A DNA stretch of 64,000 nt from Gemmatimonas sp. (GTDB lineage Bacteria > Gemmatimonadota > Gemmatimonadetes > Gemmatimonadales > Gemmatimonadaceae), in the NCBI GenBank assembly GCA_031414535.1, contig JANNVQ010000043.1, positions 9,197-73,196 on the forward strand, read 5' to 3'. Position numbers and translations under genes: made by a program. Below are positions 47,632 to 55,954 of the stretch, one piece after another. Each line of letters starts with the position of its first letter. Positions within the stretch are counted from its first letter, which is position 1. The notes under the pieces were generated by a model, which saw nothing but the letters and a program-made list of their open reading frames with translations, did not search any database and was not told the origin of the DNA.

Positions 47632-47727
47632 CCCGCTTCGACGAAGGCATCGAGGACGAGGCTGGGCTGGGTGTCGTGCATGGGGCGCGACACTCGAGCG
47701 CAGCTCCCACACAGACGGGAGCAGGGA

Positions 47728-47940
47728 ATGACGGAGATGACGACGCGGCGCGCGGTCTTGGCGCTGCTGCTGGTGCTGACCCTCGCGGGACTGATGGGCT
47801 GCCGGGAGCCGCTGGCGCCGGCGCTGCGCTTCTGCGGGGTGGACACCCTGCAGGTGCCGGTGACCATGGGGGACACGACGTACTCGGAGATCCTGATTCG
47901 GCCGCGCCGCTGCGATGACGCGGTGCCCTACACGCAGTGA
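47728..47940 (+). CDS. Phage small lipoprotein
   Basis: RRAVLALLLVLTLAGLMGC lipobox; two further Cys. Confidence 0.6.
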   Translation: MTEMTTRRAVLALLLVLTLAGLMGCREPLAPALRFCGVDTLQVPVTMGDTTYSEILIRPRRCDDAVPYTQ

Positions 47941-47982
47941 GCGCACAACGCGCTCGCTCACAACGACTGAGAGGACGGGACG

Positions 47983-48324
47983 ATGCCACGGGGAGTGAAG
48001 GGAAGCGGGAAGCCAGGGAAGCCAGTGACTGCGCGGCCATCCATCGACGCGGAGCTCGATGCCATCGATTCACGCACACCGACGTGCGCGCGTGATGGGG
48101 CAGCGCTCACGTCGACTGGTGAGTGTCTGTCGTGCAAGGCGCGGGCTGCGCGATTTGTCGATCTGTTGCGCTACGAGACGGAGTCTCGGCGCTGCGACAT
48201 CTGCAAGGCACCAGCCAAGAATGCACGTGGCGGGCGCCGGCTCTGTGTGCCGTGCCGGAAGCTGGCCGCTCGTGAAGAGAAGGCCAAGCAGGCGCTGAAG
48301 CAGCCCGCTCCGGGGCACCGCTAG
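47983..48324 (+). CDS. Phage basic zinc-finger protein
   Basis: GAGGA RBS; CARD...CLSC, CDIC, CVPC. Confidence 0.6.
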   Translation: MPRGVKGSGKPGKPVTARPSIDAELDAIDSRTPTCARDGAALTSTGECLSCKARAARFVDLLRYETESRRCDICKAPAKNARGGRRLCVPCRKLAAREEKAKQALKQPAPGHR

Positions 48325-48509
48325 TGCGCCGTCAGCTGCGGCGCGCGGTCGTGTGGATCTTCGGCTGGCTCGAGCGTGCCTGGCTCGGGCCGGTGTGCGT
48401 GCGCTGCGAAGAGCGGCATGGCGCGCACGACGCGGAGCTGTGCGACTACTTCGTGCGCGGCCAGGAGCAGGAACTGCAGGCGCTCCGGGAGACGTCGCGT
48501 GCCCGCTGA
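48324..48509 (+). CDS. Phage small hypothetical protein
   Basis: TAGTG coupling; CVRC..RH...C. Confidence 0.5.
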   Translation: MRRQLRRAVVWIFGWLERAWLGPVCVRCEERHGAHDAELCDYFVRGQEQELQALRETSRAR

Positions 48510-49278
48510 GTCGAAGCCCGCTGTTACGGCCGCCGAGATCCGCACCGCGCTCGAGGTCCGGTATCCCGGACCCGAGTGGCACGTCGAGCACGAGCTCACG
48601 CTCGAGGGCCGCCGGCTCGACGTCGTCGCGTTCAATCGCTGGGGCGCTCGCGCGTACCGCACCGTGGGATTCGAGATCAAGGTGAGCCAGGCCGACTACC
48701 GTCGCGAGCTCGAGGACTTCCGCAAGTCCGAGATCTGGACGCACGTCGTGGATCAGTTCTTCATCGTCGCGCCGGGCAAGCTCATCGACCCGGACACGCT
48801 GCCGAAGGGCTGGGGCCTGCTCGAGTTGCGCGGTGAGCGGATGTTCACGAAGGCCCAGGCGGCGATCGGCAGCTCGAAGACCCTCCCGCGCGAGCTCGCG
48901 GCACGGATGATCGACCGCCTGTACAAGCAGATGGAGAACGTGCGCCGCGAGGCGTCCACGACGCAGTACTTGGCGAGGGAGCAGATGCGCCAGGAGCTGC
49001 GGCAACAGTTGGCAGCCGAGGCCGAGCGCAACGGCGACGCCCTGGCCGCGAAGGCGGCGCGCTTTGATGCGCTGCTGCAGGAGTTCGGGCTCGCGCACGC
49101 GTGGGAGCCGGAGCAGAAGCTGGTGGCCGCGATGCGCTTTCTCCGCGACGAGCGCGTCCCCGATCTCCTCGAGAACATCGGCGTGCAGCTCGACCGCGAC
49201 AACGCCGAGCTGCAGGCCAAGCGCTCGACATTCAAACAGGCGCGCGAGCACATCGCGGCGCTGAGGAACCCTACGTAA
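48499..49278 (+). CDS. PD-(D/E)xK nuclease-family protein (MmcB-like) with coiled-coil tail
   Basis: Start re-called at GTG 48499; HE...RRLDV...GFEIKVSQADYRREL, LPKGWGL. Confidence 0.72.
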   Translation: MPAESKPAVTAAEIRTALEVRYPGPEWHVEHELTLEGRRLDVVAFNRWGARAYRTVGFEIKVSQADYRRELEDFRKSEIWTHVVDQFFIVAPGKLIDPDTLPKGWGLLELRGERMFTKAQAAIGSSKTLPRELAARMIDRLYKQMENVRREASTTQYLAREQMRQELRQQLAAEAERNGDALAAKAARFDALLQEFGLAHAWEPEQKLVAAMRFLRDERVPDLLENIGVQLDRDNAELQAKRSTFKQAREHIAALRNPT

Positions 49279-50360
49279 TGCCAGGACTCTGCATCATTCC
49301 GTCGCGCGCCCTCGATGACGAGGAGTGCCGCGGCGCCCGCATGACCGCGCTCCTCGCGATCGGCACGTACACGAGCCGCGATGGCAGTGGCGTGTGGGCG
49401 GCCAACGAGACCATCGCCGAGCGCGCCAAGCTCGATGAGCGTGACTACCGCCGGGCCGTCGCGTGGCTGGTGGAGCGCGGGTATGTTCGCAAGCGGACCC
49501 GCTACAAGCAGAGCGGGGCGCAGGACACCAACCTGCTGCAGATCGTGCTCGATGAGCCCGATGAACCCGCGCTGCCATTGGCGATTCAGGGGGGAGGGGG
49601 AATCTCCCCCACCCCCCCAGAGGGGGAGGGGTCCAGCCCCCCACCCCGGGAGGGGTCCAGCACCCCACCCCGGGAGGGGTCCAGCCCCCCACCACGGGGA
49701 GGGGTGGAGCACCCCACCAAACGTACCCCTCTGAACGTCCCCTCTGAACATCCCCGTGTTGCGGCGGCGGCTGGGGCAAAGCCACGCACCCCGCTCCAGC
49801 AACTGGCCGCGGCCGCGAACCGGGCGTTCGACGAGCGCTTCGGGACCGACCGCCAACCGATCGTCAGCAACACGGCCACGAACCTCCTGGAGGCCATCAC
49901 GCAGCGCGGCATCCCGCTCGAGTGGGCGGTGCAGGCCGTGTACGAGGCGGCGCTGAAGAGCGAGATCACCCCGCGCTCGGTGCAGTACTTCACGGCGGGT
50001 GTGTTGGAACGCTGGGAGCGGGAGCAGGCGCGCAGCGATGCGCAGGCGTTCGTGCCGGCGGCGGTCCCCGGCGTGGTGCCGCGCATGGCGACCGGCTGGT
50101 CCGCCGGGCGGCAGGCGTTCTGGGATCTGTGCGTGACGGGCGGCCTCGCCGCGGGCATGCAGAGCCGCGACACCATCGCGGAGCGGGTGCAGGTGCTGCA
50201 CCGCGACGGGCGGGTGAGTGATCCGGCGCCGTTCCTCGCGCTCGTGCTGCACGTGAAGCCGTGGAAGCTCGCGGAGATCAAGTTCGTGAAGGAGCGCGAT
50301 GAGCGCTTGGCGGCGGCGCTGGCCTCGTTCACCGCGCCAGCGGCGCAGGAGGTCGCATGA
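49278..50360 (+). CDS. Phage replication initiator (N-terminal HTH, internal iterons)
   Basis: WAANETIAERAKLDERDYRRAVAWLVERGYV; central repeats; directly upstream of the helicase. Confidence 0.8.
   Translation: MPGLCIIPSRALDDEECRGARMTALLAIGTYTSRDGSGVWAANETIAERAKLDERDYRRAVAWLVERGYVRKRTRYKQSGAQDTNLLQIVLDEPDEPALPLAIQGGGGISPTPPEGEGSSPPPREGSSTPPREGSSPPPRGGVEHPTKRTPLNVPSEHPRVAAAAGAKPRTPLQQLAAAANRAFDERFGTDRQPIVSNTATNLLEAITQRGIPLEWAVQAVYEAALKSEITPRSVQYFTAGVLERWEREQARSDAQAFVPAAVPGVVPRMATGWSAGRQAFWDLCVTGGLAAGMQSRDTIAERVQVLHRDGRVSDPAPFLALVLHVKPWKLAEIKFVKERDERLAAALASFTAPAAQEVA
49591..49749. repeat. Iteron array, predicted phage replication origin
   Basis: 24-bp GGGAGGGGTCCAGCmCCCCACCmC at 49624, 49648, 49672; degenerate copies at 49697 and about 49591; then CCCCTCTGAAC twice. 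Confidence 0.8.
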
Positions 50361-51844
50361 CGCAACCCGTTGCCACGCAAAGTTCTTCACGCCCTGACGT
50401 TTCGCGTGGAACGGCGAGCGTGCTCGTGAATGACGACGCCGAGCGGGCGGTGCTCGGGGCGGTGCTCCTCGCCGGGTCCAGCGACAAGTGGCGCATGGCC
50501 ACCGAGGTCGCGAACGTGCTGTCGGCGGACATGTTCGGCCGCGGGGCCCATCGCGCGCTCTACGAGGCCATGGAGGCCCTGCGCAGCAACCGCGTCGTCA
50601 TCGATCCGGTGACGCTGGCCCATCAGCTCGAGGCGAATGGGACGCTGAAGCAAGCGGGCGGGCGCGAGTTCATCGCCGAGCTGCTCGACGAGATCCCGAC
50701 GGCCGCGAACGTGCTCTACCACGCGGACATCGTCCGGCTCTGCTGGAAGCGGCGCGAGGTGCAGGCCTTGGGCCAGCGCATCGCCGCCATGGCCACCGAC
50801 CCCGCCATCGCCATCGAGGACGTGTTCAGTTGGGCCAGCAAGAGCCTCGCCCCGTTGGCCGCCGGCAAGGGCGAGGGCGGCTTCCAGCGCATCAAGGAGG
50901 GGCTCTGGGCCGCGATGGAGCGCATTGAGCAGCGGAAGGCGGGCGAGGCGGTCGCGCTCGTGCCCACGTACCTGCCGGAGCTGGATGCGAAGTTGAGCGG
51001 CGGCGTGGAGCGCGGCGAGCTCGTCATCGTCGGCGGCGTGCCGAGCTGCGGGAAGACGACGCTGGTGTGGAACTGGCTGCGCGAACTGGCGATCAGCGGC
51101 GCCGGGGCCACGGCCTTCGTCTCCGCCGAGATGTCGCGCGGCATGCTCATCGAGTCGGCGCTCTCCTCCGAGGCCGAGGTCGCGCGCGGCAACCTCAAGT
51201 CCGGCAAGCTCACGGACGACGAGCTGAGCCGTATCGTCGGCGCCGCGGCGCGCCTGCTCAACCAGGACATCTACATCGACGACACCGTGATGCCCGGCAT
51301 CGCGGACGTCGAGAACCGGTGCCGCCTGCTCAAGGTGAAGGAGCCGGGCCTCGTCGCCATCGGCGTCGACTTCATCCAGCTCCTGCAGGCGGACAAGACG
51401 CGGGCCAGCGAGCTCCGGGCGGAGCAGCTGACGCAGATCGTGTACCGCCTGAAGGCCATCGCCCTCGAGCTCAACGTCGTCGTGGTGGCGCTCGCGCAGC
51501 CGAACGACAAGCAGATCGAGGACCGCGACGACAAGCGCCCGCAGCTACGGGACCTGCAGGGCTCCTCGGGCATGCGCCAGGCCGCCGACCACATGTGGCT
51601 GCTCTACCGGCCGCACATGTACGACGCGGACGCGGCCGACACCATCGAGATCAACCTCGCGAAGCAGAAGTCCGGCGCGACCGGTACCGCCATCCTCGAG
51701 TGGGACGGCCCGCGCCTGCGCGTGGTCTCACCGGAGGAGAAGCGCCTGAAGGCCCACCAAGCGCAGGTGCAGCTCGAGCAGCGCCGCGCGGCGGAGCAAC
51801 CCCAGTCACTCTCTCTCGTGCGAGGTGGCCATGCGGACGCTTGA
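50357..51844 (+). CDS. Phage DnaB-like replicative helicase
   Basis: AERAVLGAVL, GGVPSCGKTT, FVSAEM, VDFIQL, LAQ, RPQLRDLQGS, LAKQKSGATG. Confidence 0.93.
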   Translation: MTQPVATQSSSRPDVSRGTASVLVNDDAERAVLGAVLLAGSSDKWRMATEVANVLSADMFGRGAHRALYEAMEALRSNRVVIDPVTLAHQLEANGTLKQAGGREFIAELLDEIPTAANVLYHADIVRLCWKRREVQALGQRIAAMATDPAIAIEDVFSWASKSLAPLAAGKGEGGFQRIKEGLWAAMERIEQRKAGEAVALVPTYLPELDAKLSGGVERGELVIVGGVPSCGKTTLVWNWLRELAISGAGATAFVSAEMSRGMLIESALSSEAEVARGNLKSGKLTDDELSRIVGAAARLLNQDIYIDDTVMPGIADVENRCRLLKVKEPGLVAIGVDFIQLLQADKTRASELRAEQLTQIVYRLKAIALELNVVVVALAQPNDKQIEDRDDKRPQLRDLQGSSGMRQAADHMWLLYRPHMYDADAADTIEINLAKQKSGATGTAILEWDGPRLRVVSPEEKRLKAHQAQVQLEQRRAAEQPQSLSLVRGGHADA

Positions 51845-52097
51845 GCAGACCATCGAGGCCCTGCGGCAACCCGGCATCCCCGCGCAGGCGACCGTCGCCT
51901 TCGCGTTCAGCAACGGCGTCGCGAACCAGCAGAAGCTGACCACCATCACCCTGCAGGAACTGCGCGCCCTGGCCGCGGCGGCCAGTCCCCGCGCCGCGGA
52001 GATCCTCGGCCGCGTGACCTGCTCCCTGTGTAAGGCGGACGTCCGCATCGGCGAACGCCACGACTGCCCGCGCCGGAGGCGCCCCGACCATGGCTGA
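51831..52097 (+). CDS. Phage hypothetical protein
   Basis: GAGGTG RBS; C-terminal CSLC...HDC. Confidence 0.55.
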   Translation: MRTLEQTIEALRQPGIPAQATVAFAFSNGVANQQKLTTITLQELRALAAAASPRAAEILGRVTCSLCKADVRIGERHDCPRRRRPDHG

Positions 52098-53124
52098 GCT
52101 GCTCGACTGGAAGATGAAGTGCACGAAGCGGGAGGTGTGCGCCGCGCCCTGCGGGACCTGTGGCGGCGCGCCGCCGGCGCGAACGGCCCGCGTGCGCCTC
52201 GGCGACGCGCAGCGGCCCACGCAGGTGGAGTGCGGGCCCGGCGTGACGTTCCTCGGCGTGTCGGCGACTGGCGGCCTGATGTTCAGTGCTGCTCAGCAGT
52301 CGGACCATACGGGAAAGTTCTCGCATAGCGGCGGGCGGGTGACAGATGGCGCCTCCTCGACGCCACCGGAGCAGGGGGCACGAGACTCGGCGGAGGGCAT
52401 CGAAGCAATTGCGCGACACATCATCGCGACCAACGACCTGCCGGAAGGGTTCGCGGACGCCGTTGCGCTGGCCCGCGCCTACCTCGCGCTCGCCCGCGTT
52501 GCGCCACAGGGGGAGACGCCGAGCGAGTTGATGAAGGAGTTGGGCGAAGCTCTGGCCGAGGTGACGCGCTTGAGTGAGCGCCTTCGGCAAGTCTGTGAGA
52601 CACTCGTTGCCGAGGTCGGCGCGTCTGGTCCGTGCGATGCAGAAGATGCGGCAGAGCGAATCGTCGCCGAGATTCAACGCCTCCGCGCCACCCCGCCAGC
52701 CGCCGAGACGGGGGAGCCGTGTGAACACGTGTGGCTGGGACTCATCGGCGGCGCTCGATGTGTTGTGTGCGGCAAGCAGGTCGCGCTCCACGAGAGCATT
52801 TGCAAGGCGATTGCGATGACCTACGCCCATCTTGCCGCGCCCGCCCCACGGGAAGTCAGCGAGGCGATGGTCACGAAGTACACGATTGGCGACACGGACA
52901 ACCGCGACACCTTGCACTCGCTCATTCACGTTGAGTACGCGGGGCACGGACGCTGGGCGGTACGGCGCAACGGGTTGTGTCTTGGCACCGATGGTGAATG
53001 GGACTTTGAGCCGCTGCCGTCCTCACGCGATGACGAGTGGCTGGCGCGATACCGATACGCTGATGCGCAAGCAGCGATTGCCGCGGCTCGTGCCCAGCAG
53101 TCGGAGGTGGCTTCGAATGGCTAA
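52090..53124 (+). CDS. Phage hypothetical protein, apparently mosaic
   Basis: GGAGG RBS; Cys cluster, coiled coil, CEH...CVVCG, C-terminal WAVR...C....GEW..EP.PSSRDDEW module. Confidence 0.55.
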   Translation: MAELLDWKMKCTKREVCAAPCGTCGGAPPARTARVRLGDAQRPTQVECGPGVTFLGVSATGGLMFSAAQQSDHTGKFSHSGGRVTDGASSTPPEQGARDSAEGIEAIARHIIATNDLPEGFADAVALARAYLALARVAPQGETPSELMKELGEALAEVTRLSERLRQVCETLVAEVGASGPCDAEDAAERIVAEIQRLRATPPAAETGEPCEHVWLGLIGGARCVVCGKQVALHESICKAIAMTYAHLAAPAPREVSEAMVTKYTIGDTDNRDTLHSLIHVEYAGHGRWAVRRNGLCLGTDGEWDFEPLPSSRDDEWLARYRYADAQAAIAAARAQQSEVASNG

Positions 53125-53299
53125 CCCGATCCCCTGCTGGTGCGGCCACCAGAAGAACGTGCACATCAAGCGGCTGAACGGTGCCTGTGAGGGCTGCGGG
53201 TGCCACAAGTACCGCGCGCAGCGTGCCAAGCCCGCTGAGGCATCTGGGCGCAGCGACGACCGACGCGAGAGCGATCGGCATCCGCCGAGGCCGCTATGA
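53117..53299 (+). CDS. Phage small Cys/His protein (60 aa)
   Basis: GGAGGTG RBS; CWCGH...H...CEGCGC. Confidence 0.6.
   Translation: MANPIPCWCGHQKNVHIKRLNGACEGCGCHKYRAQRAKPAEASGRSDDRRESDRHPPRPL
53255..53299 (+). repeat. 41-bp direct repeat + ATGA (copy 1)
   Basis: GACGACCGACGCGAGAGCGATCGGCATCCGCCGAGGCCGCT at 53255-53295, identical to 53704-53744. Confidence 0.92.
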
Positions 53300-53748
53300 G
53301 CACTCGCGCGATGGTGCAGGACATCGAGTGGCTCACCTACGGCCACGTGGGCATCAGCTCGAAGGTGATTTGGTGCGTGATGAACGACCTGCGGCCAGAG
53401 AGTGATCCGTTCGGCGGCTATCCGCACGACCCAGATGACTTCTCGCGTTGCTACCTGCTCCTGCAGCGCAATCCGCTGTGGAGGCTGCAGATACACAAGC
53501 TCGCTCCCCTGCGGCGTGAGTGGGCCGCGCTTGTCGAGCATTGGGACGAGCTAGAGCAGATGTTCCTCGCGTGTTTCGGGGGCGAGTTCACGGCGCAGGA
53601 TTACCGCGGCACGAAGCCGTACAACAAGGCCGCTGGGCTCGCGATGTACGAACGCATGAAGGAGATCGAGACGGCGTCTCGTAAGCGAGTCGCGTCGCAA
53701 TCGGACGACCGACGCGAGAGCGATCGGCATCCGCCGAGGCCGCTGTGA
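53296..53748 (+). CDS. Phage hypothetical protein flanked by the direct repeats
   Basis: GISSKVI...YPHDPDDFSRCYLLL...W..L. Confidence 0.7.
   Translation: MSTRAMVQDIEWLTYGHVGISSKVIWCVMNDLRPESDPFGGYPHDPDDFSRCYLLLQRNPLWRLQIHKLAPLRREWAALVEHWDELEQMFLACFGGEFTAQDYRGTKPYNKAAGLAMYERMKEIETASRKRVASQSDDRRESDRHPPRPL
53704..53748 (+). repeat. 41-bp direct repeat + GTGA (copy 2)
   Basis: Identical to 53255-53295. Confidence 0.92.
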
Positions 53749-54176
53749 AGGTCAACGGCATCGAGCTCGGCCCGAACTCCCCGGCCCGCGGCCTGCGCAC
53801 CTGCAGGAGCGAGAGCGCCGAGGAGCAGTTGTGCGACGATCTGGTCGCGAGCATCGCGGGCATCGCCGGCGTGGTGAAGTTCTCGCAAGCGCAGGTGGCG
53901 CAGCAGACGCGCGGCATCAGCGATCGCCGCTATCGCGCGCTCGGGCATGCCTTCTGGTTCGAGGTGAAGGCCGAGGACGGCAAGCTCACAGAGTCACAGC
54001 ATCGATTCCTCGAGGCCGAGCTGGACTATGGCAACCTCGCCTGCTGTGGCACCCTGGACGACCTGCGGGACCTGCTCGCCTACATCCGCACGGCGGGATC
54101 CGAACCTCACACCTGGTGTCGCCTGCGCGTGCAGCGCTGGGCGGCCAAGGGCTACCGCAAGGAGCGTGTGAAATGA
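53745..54176 (+). CDS. VRR-NUC-like nuclease (possible resolvase)
   Basis: GISD...FWFEVKAEDGKLTESQHRFL. Confidence 0.8.
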   Translation: MKVNGIELGPNSPARGLRTCRSESAEEQLCDDLVASIAGIAGVVKFSQAQVAQQTRGISDRRYRALGHAFWFEVKAEDGKLTESQHRFLEAELDYGNLACCGTLDDLRDLLAYIRTAGSEPHTWCRLRVQRWAAKGYRKERVK

Positions 54177-54946
54177 AAGTACGATTCGATGCGAGGGCCA
54201 GCGTGGCCAGCCTCACCAAGGACTTCGGCGAACTGCAGAACAAGCAGTTGCCGTGGGCCATGAAGTGGGCCGCAAACGCGACGGTCGAGGATGCTGGTGA
54301 TAAGGTGCTGACGCGCATGAAGGCCATCTTGCCAGGGTCGGCCCGAGGCCGCGCGTGGATCCACCAGCACCTGAAGGTCATGCGGCACGGCTCACGGCTG
54401 TCGCGTGAGCATGGGAACGGCGGGGCGGCGCTCGGCATCATCCCGCCGGGTGGTGTGAAGCTGGCCGGGTGGGAGCGGTACCGCGGCTCGCTCATCGCCA
54501 TGATGGAGAACGGTGGACTGACGCCCGGTCCGAAGCGATTCGGCGGGCGCGCGAGCGGTGGCGCGAGTGACTTCGGTCGCTACGCCATTCCCATCCGGCG
54601 GCGCGGCACGTTCTCGCCTTACCCGCTGCAGCTGTATCCCATCAACCTCGGGCTCAGCTCCCGCACCGGCATCACGCGGCGCACGGTAGGTGGAGCGCTG
54701 CGCGGCAAGGAACGCACGTTCCTCGTGCCGATCAAGAACAGTCCCGGCAACTCGATGGTGTTCCAGCGCTACGGCAAGGAGCGCGACGCCGCGTCGCCGC
54801 TCTTCTGGGTGCAGCGTGACACTCGGGTACCGAAGCGTCCGTACTTCTTTGCGACGGCCGAGGCCAGCGTAAAGCAGCGCTTCGCGGTGCACTTCCCACA
54901 CGCGATGGAGCAGGCGCTGTGGAAGCGCGGAGCGTACACCGGATGA
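54173..54946 (+). CDS. Basic phage protein directly upstream of cos
   Basis: Start re-called at ATG 54173 (ATGA overlap); QLPWAMKWAANAT, PKRPYFF. Confidence 0.65.
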   Translation: MKVRFDARASVASLTKDFGELQNKQLPWAMKWAANATVEDAGDKVLTRMKAILPGSARGRAWIHQHLKVMRHGSRLSREHGNGGAALGIIPPGGVKLAGWERYRGSLIAMMENGGLTPGPKRFGGRASGGASDFGRYAIPIRRRGTFSPYPLQLYPINLGLSSRTGITRRTVGGALRGKERTFLVPIKNSPGNSMVFQRYGKERDAASPLFWVQRDTRVPKRPYFFATAEASVKQRFAVHFPHAMEQALWKRGAYTG

Positions 54947-55038
54947 TGCGGTCTACCTCTGCCCCTGTCGATGCCGCGCGCGCCATCCGAGCAGTGTACA
55001 CACCCTGCTCGGCGGTGTCTGCCGACCAGAATGTTGAC

Positions 55039-55086
55039 GGGTCCTCCCCCGCGGGGTACCGGGTCGCGGGGTCCGATGACCGCGGC
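55039..55086 (+). other. cos site: cosQ GGGTCCT plus cosN with predicted 12-nt cohesive end GGGTCCGATGAC (55069-55080)
   Basis: GGGTCCT, then 23 nt, then a 12-mer flanked by GTCGCG/CGCGGC. This is the same spacing as lambda, about 100 bp upstream of the small terminase. Confidence 0.75.
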
Positions 55087-55183
55087 ATTTGTGTAGCTCC
55101 GAGATTTTTTCTCGCCATTTCTATTTCAGCGCGTACTCGCTGAATGCCAAGACTCCGCCGCAGTACCTGCGGGTGGCGCCGGC

Positions 55184-55954
55184 GTGGCTGAGCTGCTCTC
55201 CGCCGCGCAGCTGCGCGAACGGTTGGACCTCGAGAAGAGCGAGTTCGATCAACTCGGCCGCCGCCGCGTCTGGCCAAAGAACAAAGGCAAGGGTGGCGAC
55301 AAGTACCCGTGGCCGGCGGCGCTGCACGCGTACGTGAAGGAACGCGAGCGCGTCGCGCGCGGCGAGCTTCCGGAGTCCGTCAGCGGCGAGCAGCTCGGCG
55401 AGCTCGTGAATCGCACGGCGCGCACGCTCTTCAACTATCAGAAGGAAGGGATCCCGCACCAGGCGGAAGGGAAGGCGGTGCGCTACCCGCTCGTCGGTGC
55501 GGTGCGATGGTGCATCGACAAGTTCGTGCGCGAGCGCGGCGAAGGCGAGGGGGAGGGGAAGGCACTCTCGGTCGCAAAGCAGAAGGAGCTCGAGGACCTG
55601 ATGCGCGCGCGCGCGCAACGCGTGAATGCCGAGCTCGACCTGGCCGAGCGCCAAGGCCGCACCGTCACGATCGACTACATGGCGGCGTTCTGCGAAGACC
55701 TCCTGAGCGCGGTGATGGCCGTGATCCAGAACGCACCGGGCGACTGCGGCGACGAGCTCGTCGGTATCACCTCCGTAGCGAAGGCGCGCGCGTCGGTGCG
55801 GAAGGCGCTCGATCCCGCCGTGACGAAGCTGCGCGCGGCAATGGTTGAGGTGGCCCAGCGTGCGGCGAGTGTGCAGGAGCTGCCGCTCGAGACGGGCGAT
55901 GGGGACGACGATGACGAGGAGGATGCCGATGATGCAGCTCGCGACGCATCCTAG
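55184..55954 (+). CDS. Terminase small subunit (Nu1-like) with two N-terminal HTH-like repeats
   Basis: Position; QLGELVNRTARTLFNYQKEGIP...YPLVGAVRW; RARAQRVNAELDLAERQG coiled coil. Confidence 0.8.
   Translation: MAELLSAAQLRERLDLEKSEFDQLGRRRVWPKNKGKGGDKYPWPAALHAYVKERERVARGELPESVSGEQLGELVNRTARTLFNYQKEGIPHQAEGKAVRYPLVGAVRWCIDKFVRERGEGEGEGKALSVAKQKELEDLMRARAQRVNAELDLAERQGRTVTIDYMAAFCEDLLSAVMAVIQNAPGDCGDELVGITSVAKARASVRKALDPAVTKLRAAMVEVAQRAASVQELPLETGDGDDDDEEDADDAARDAS

Noticed and set aside
49591..49720. CRISPR array
   Set aside because: The repeats are contiguous with no spacers, lie in frame inside a gene, and no cas genes are present
53255..53748. Integron attC sites, or DGR template/variable repeats
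   Set aside because: No RYYYAAC/GTTRRRY boxes, no adenine-specific mismatches within the 41 bp, and no integron integrase or reverse transcriptase in the window
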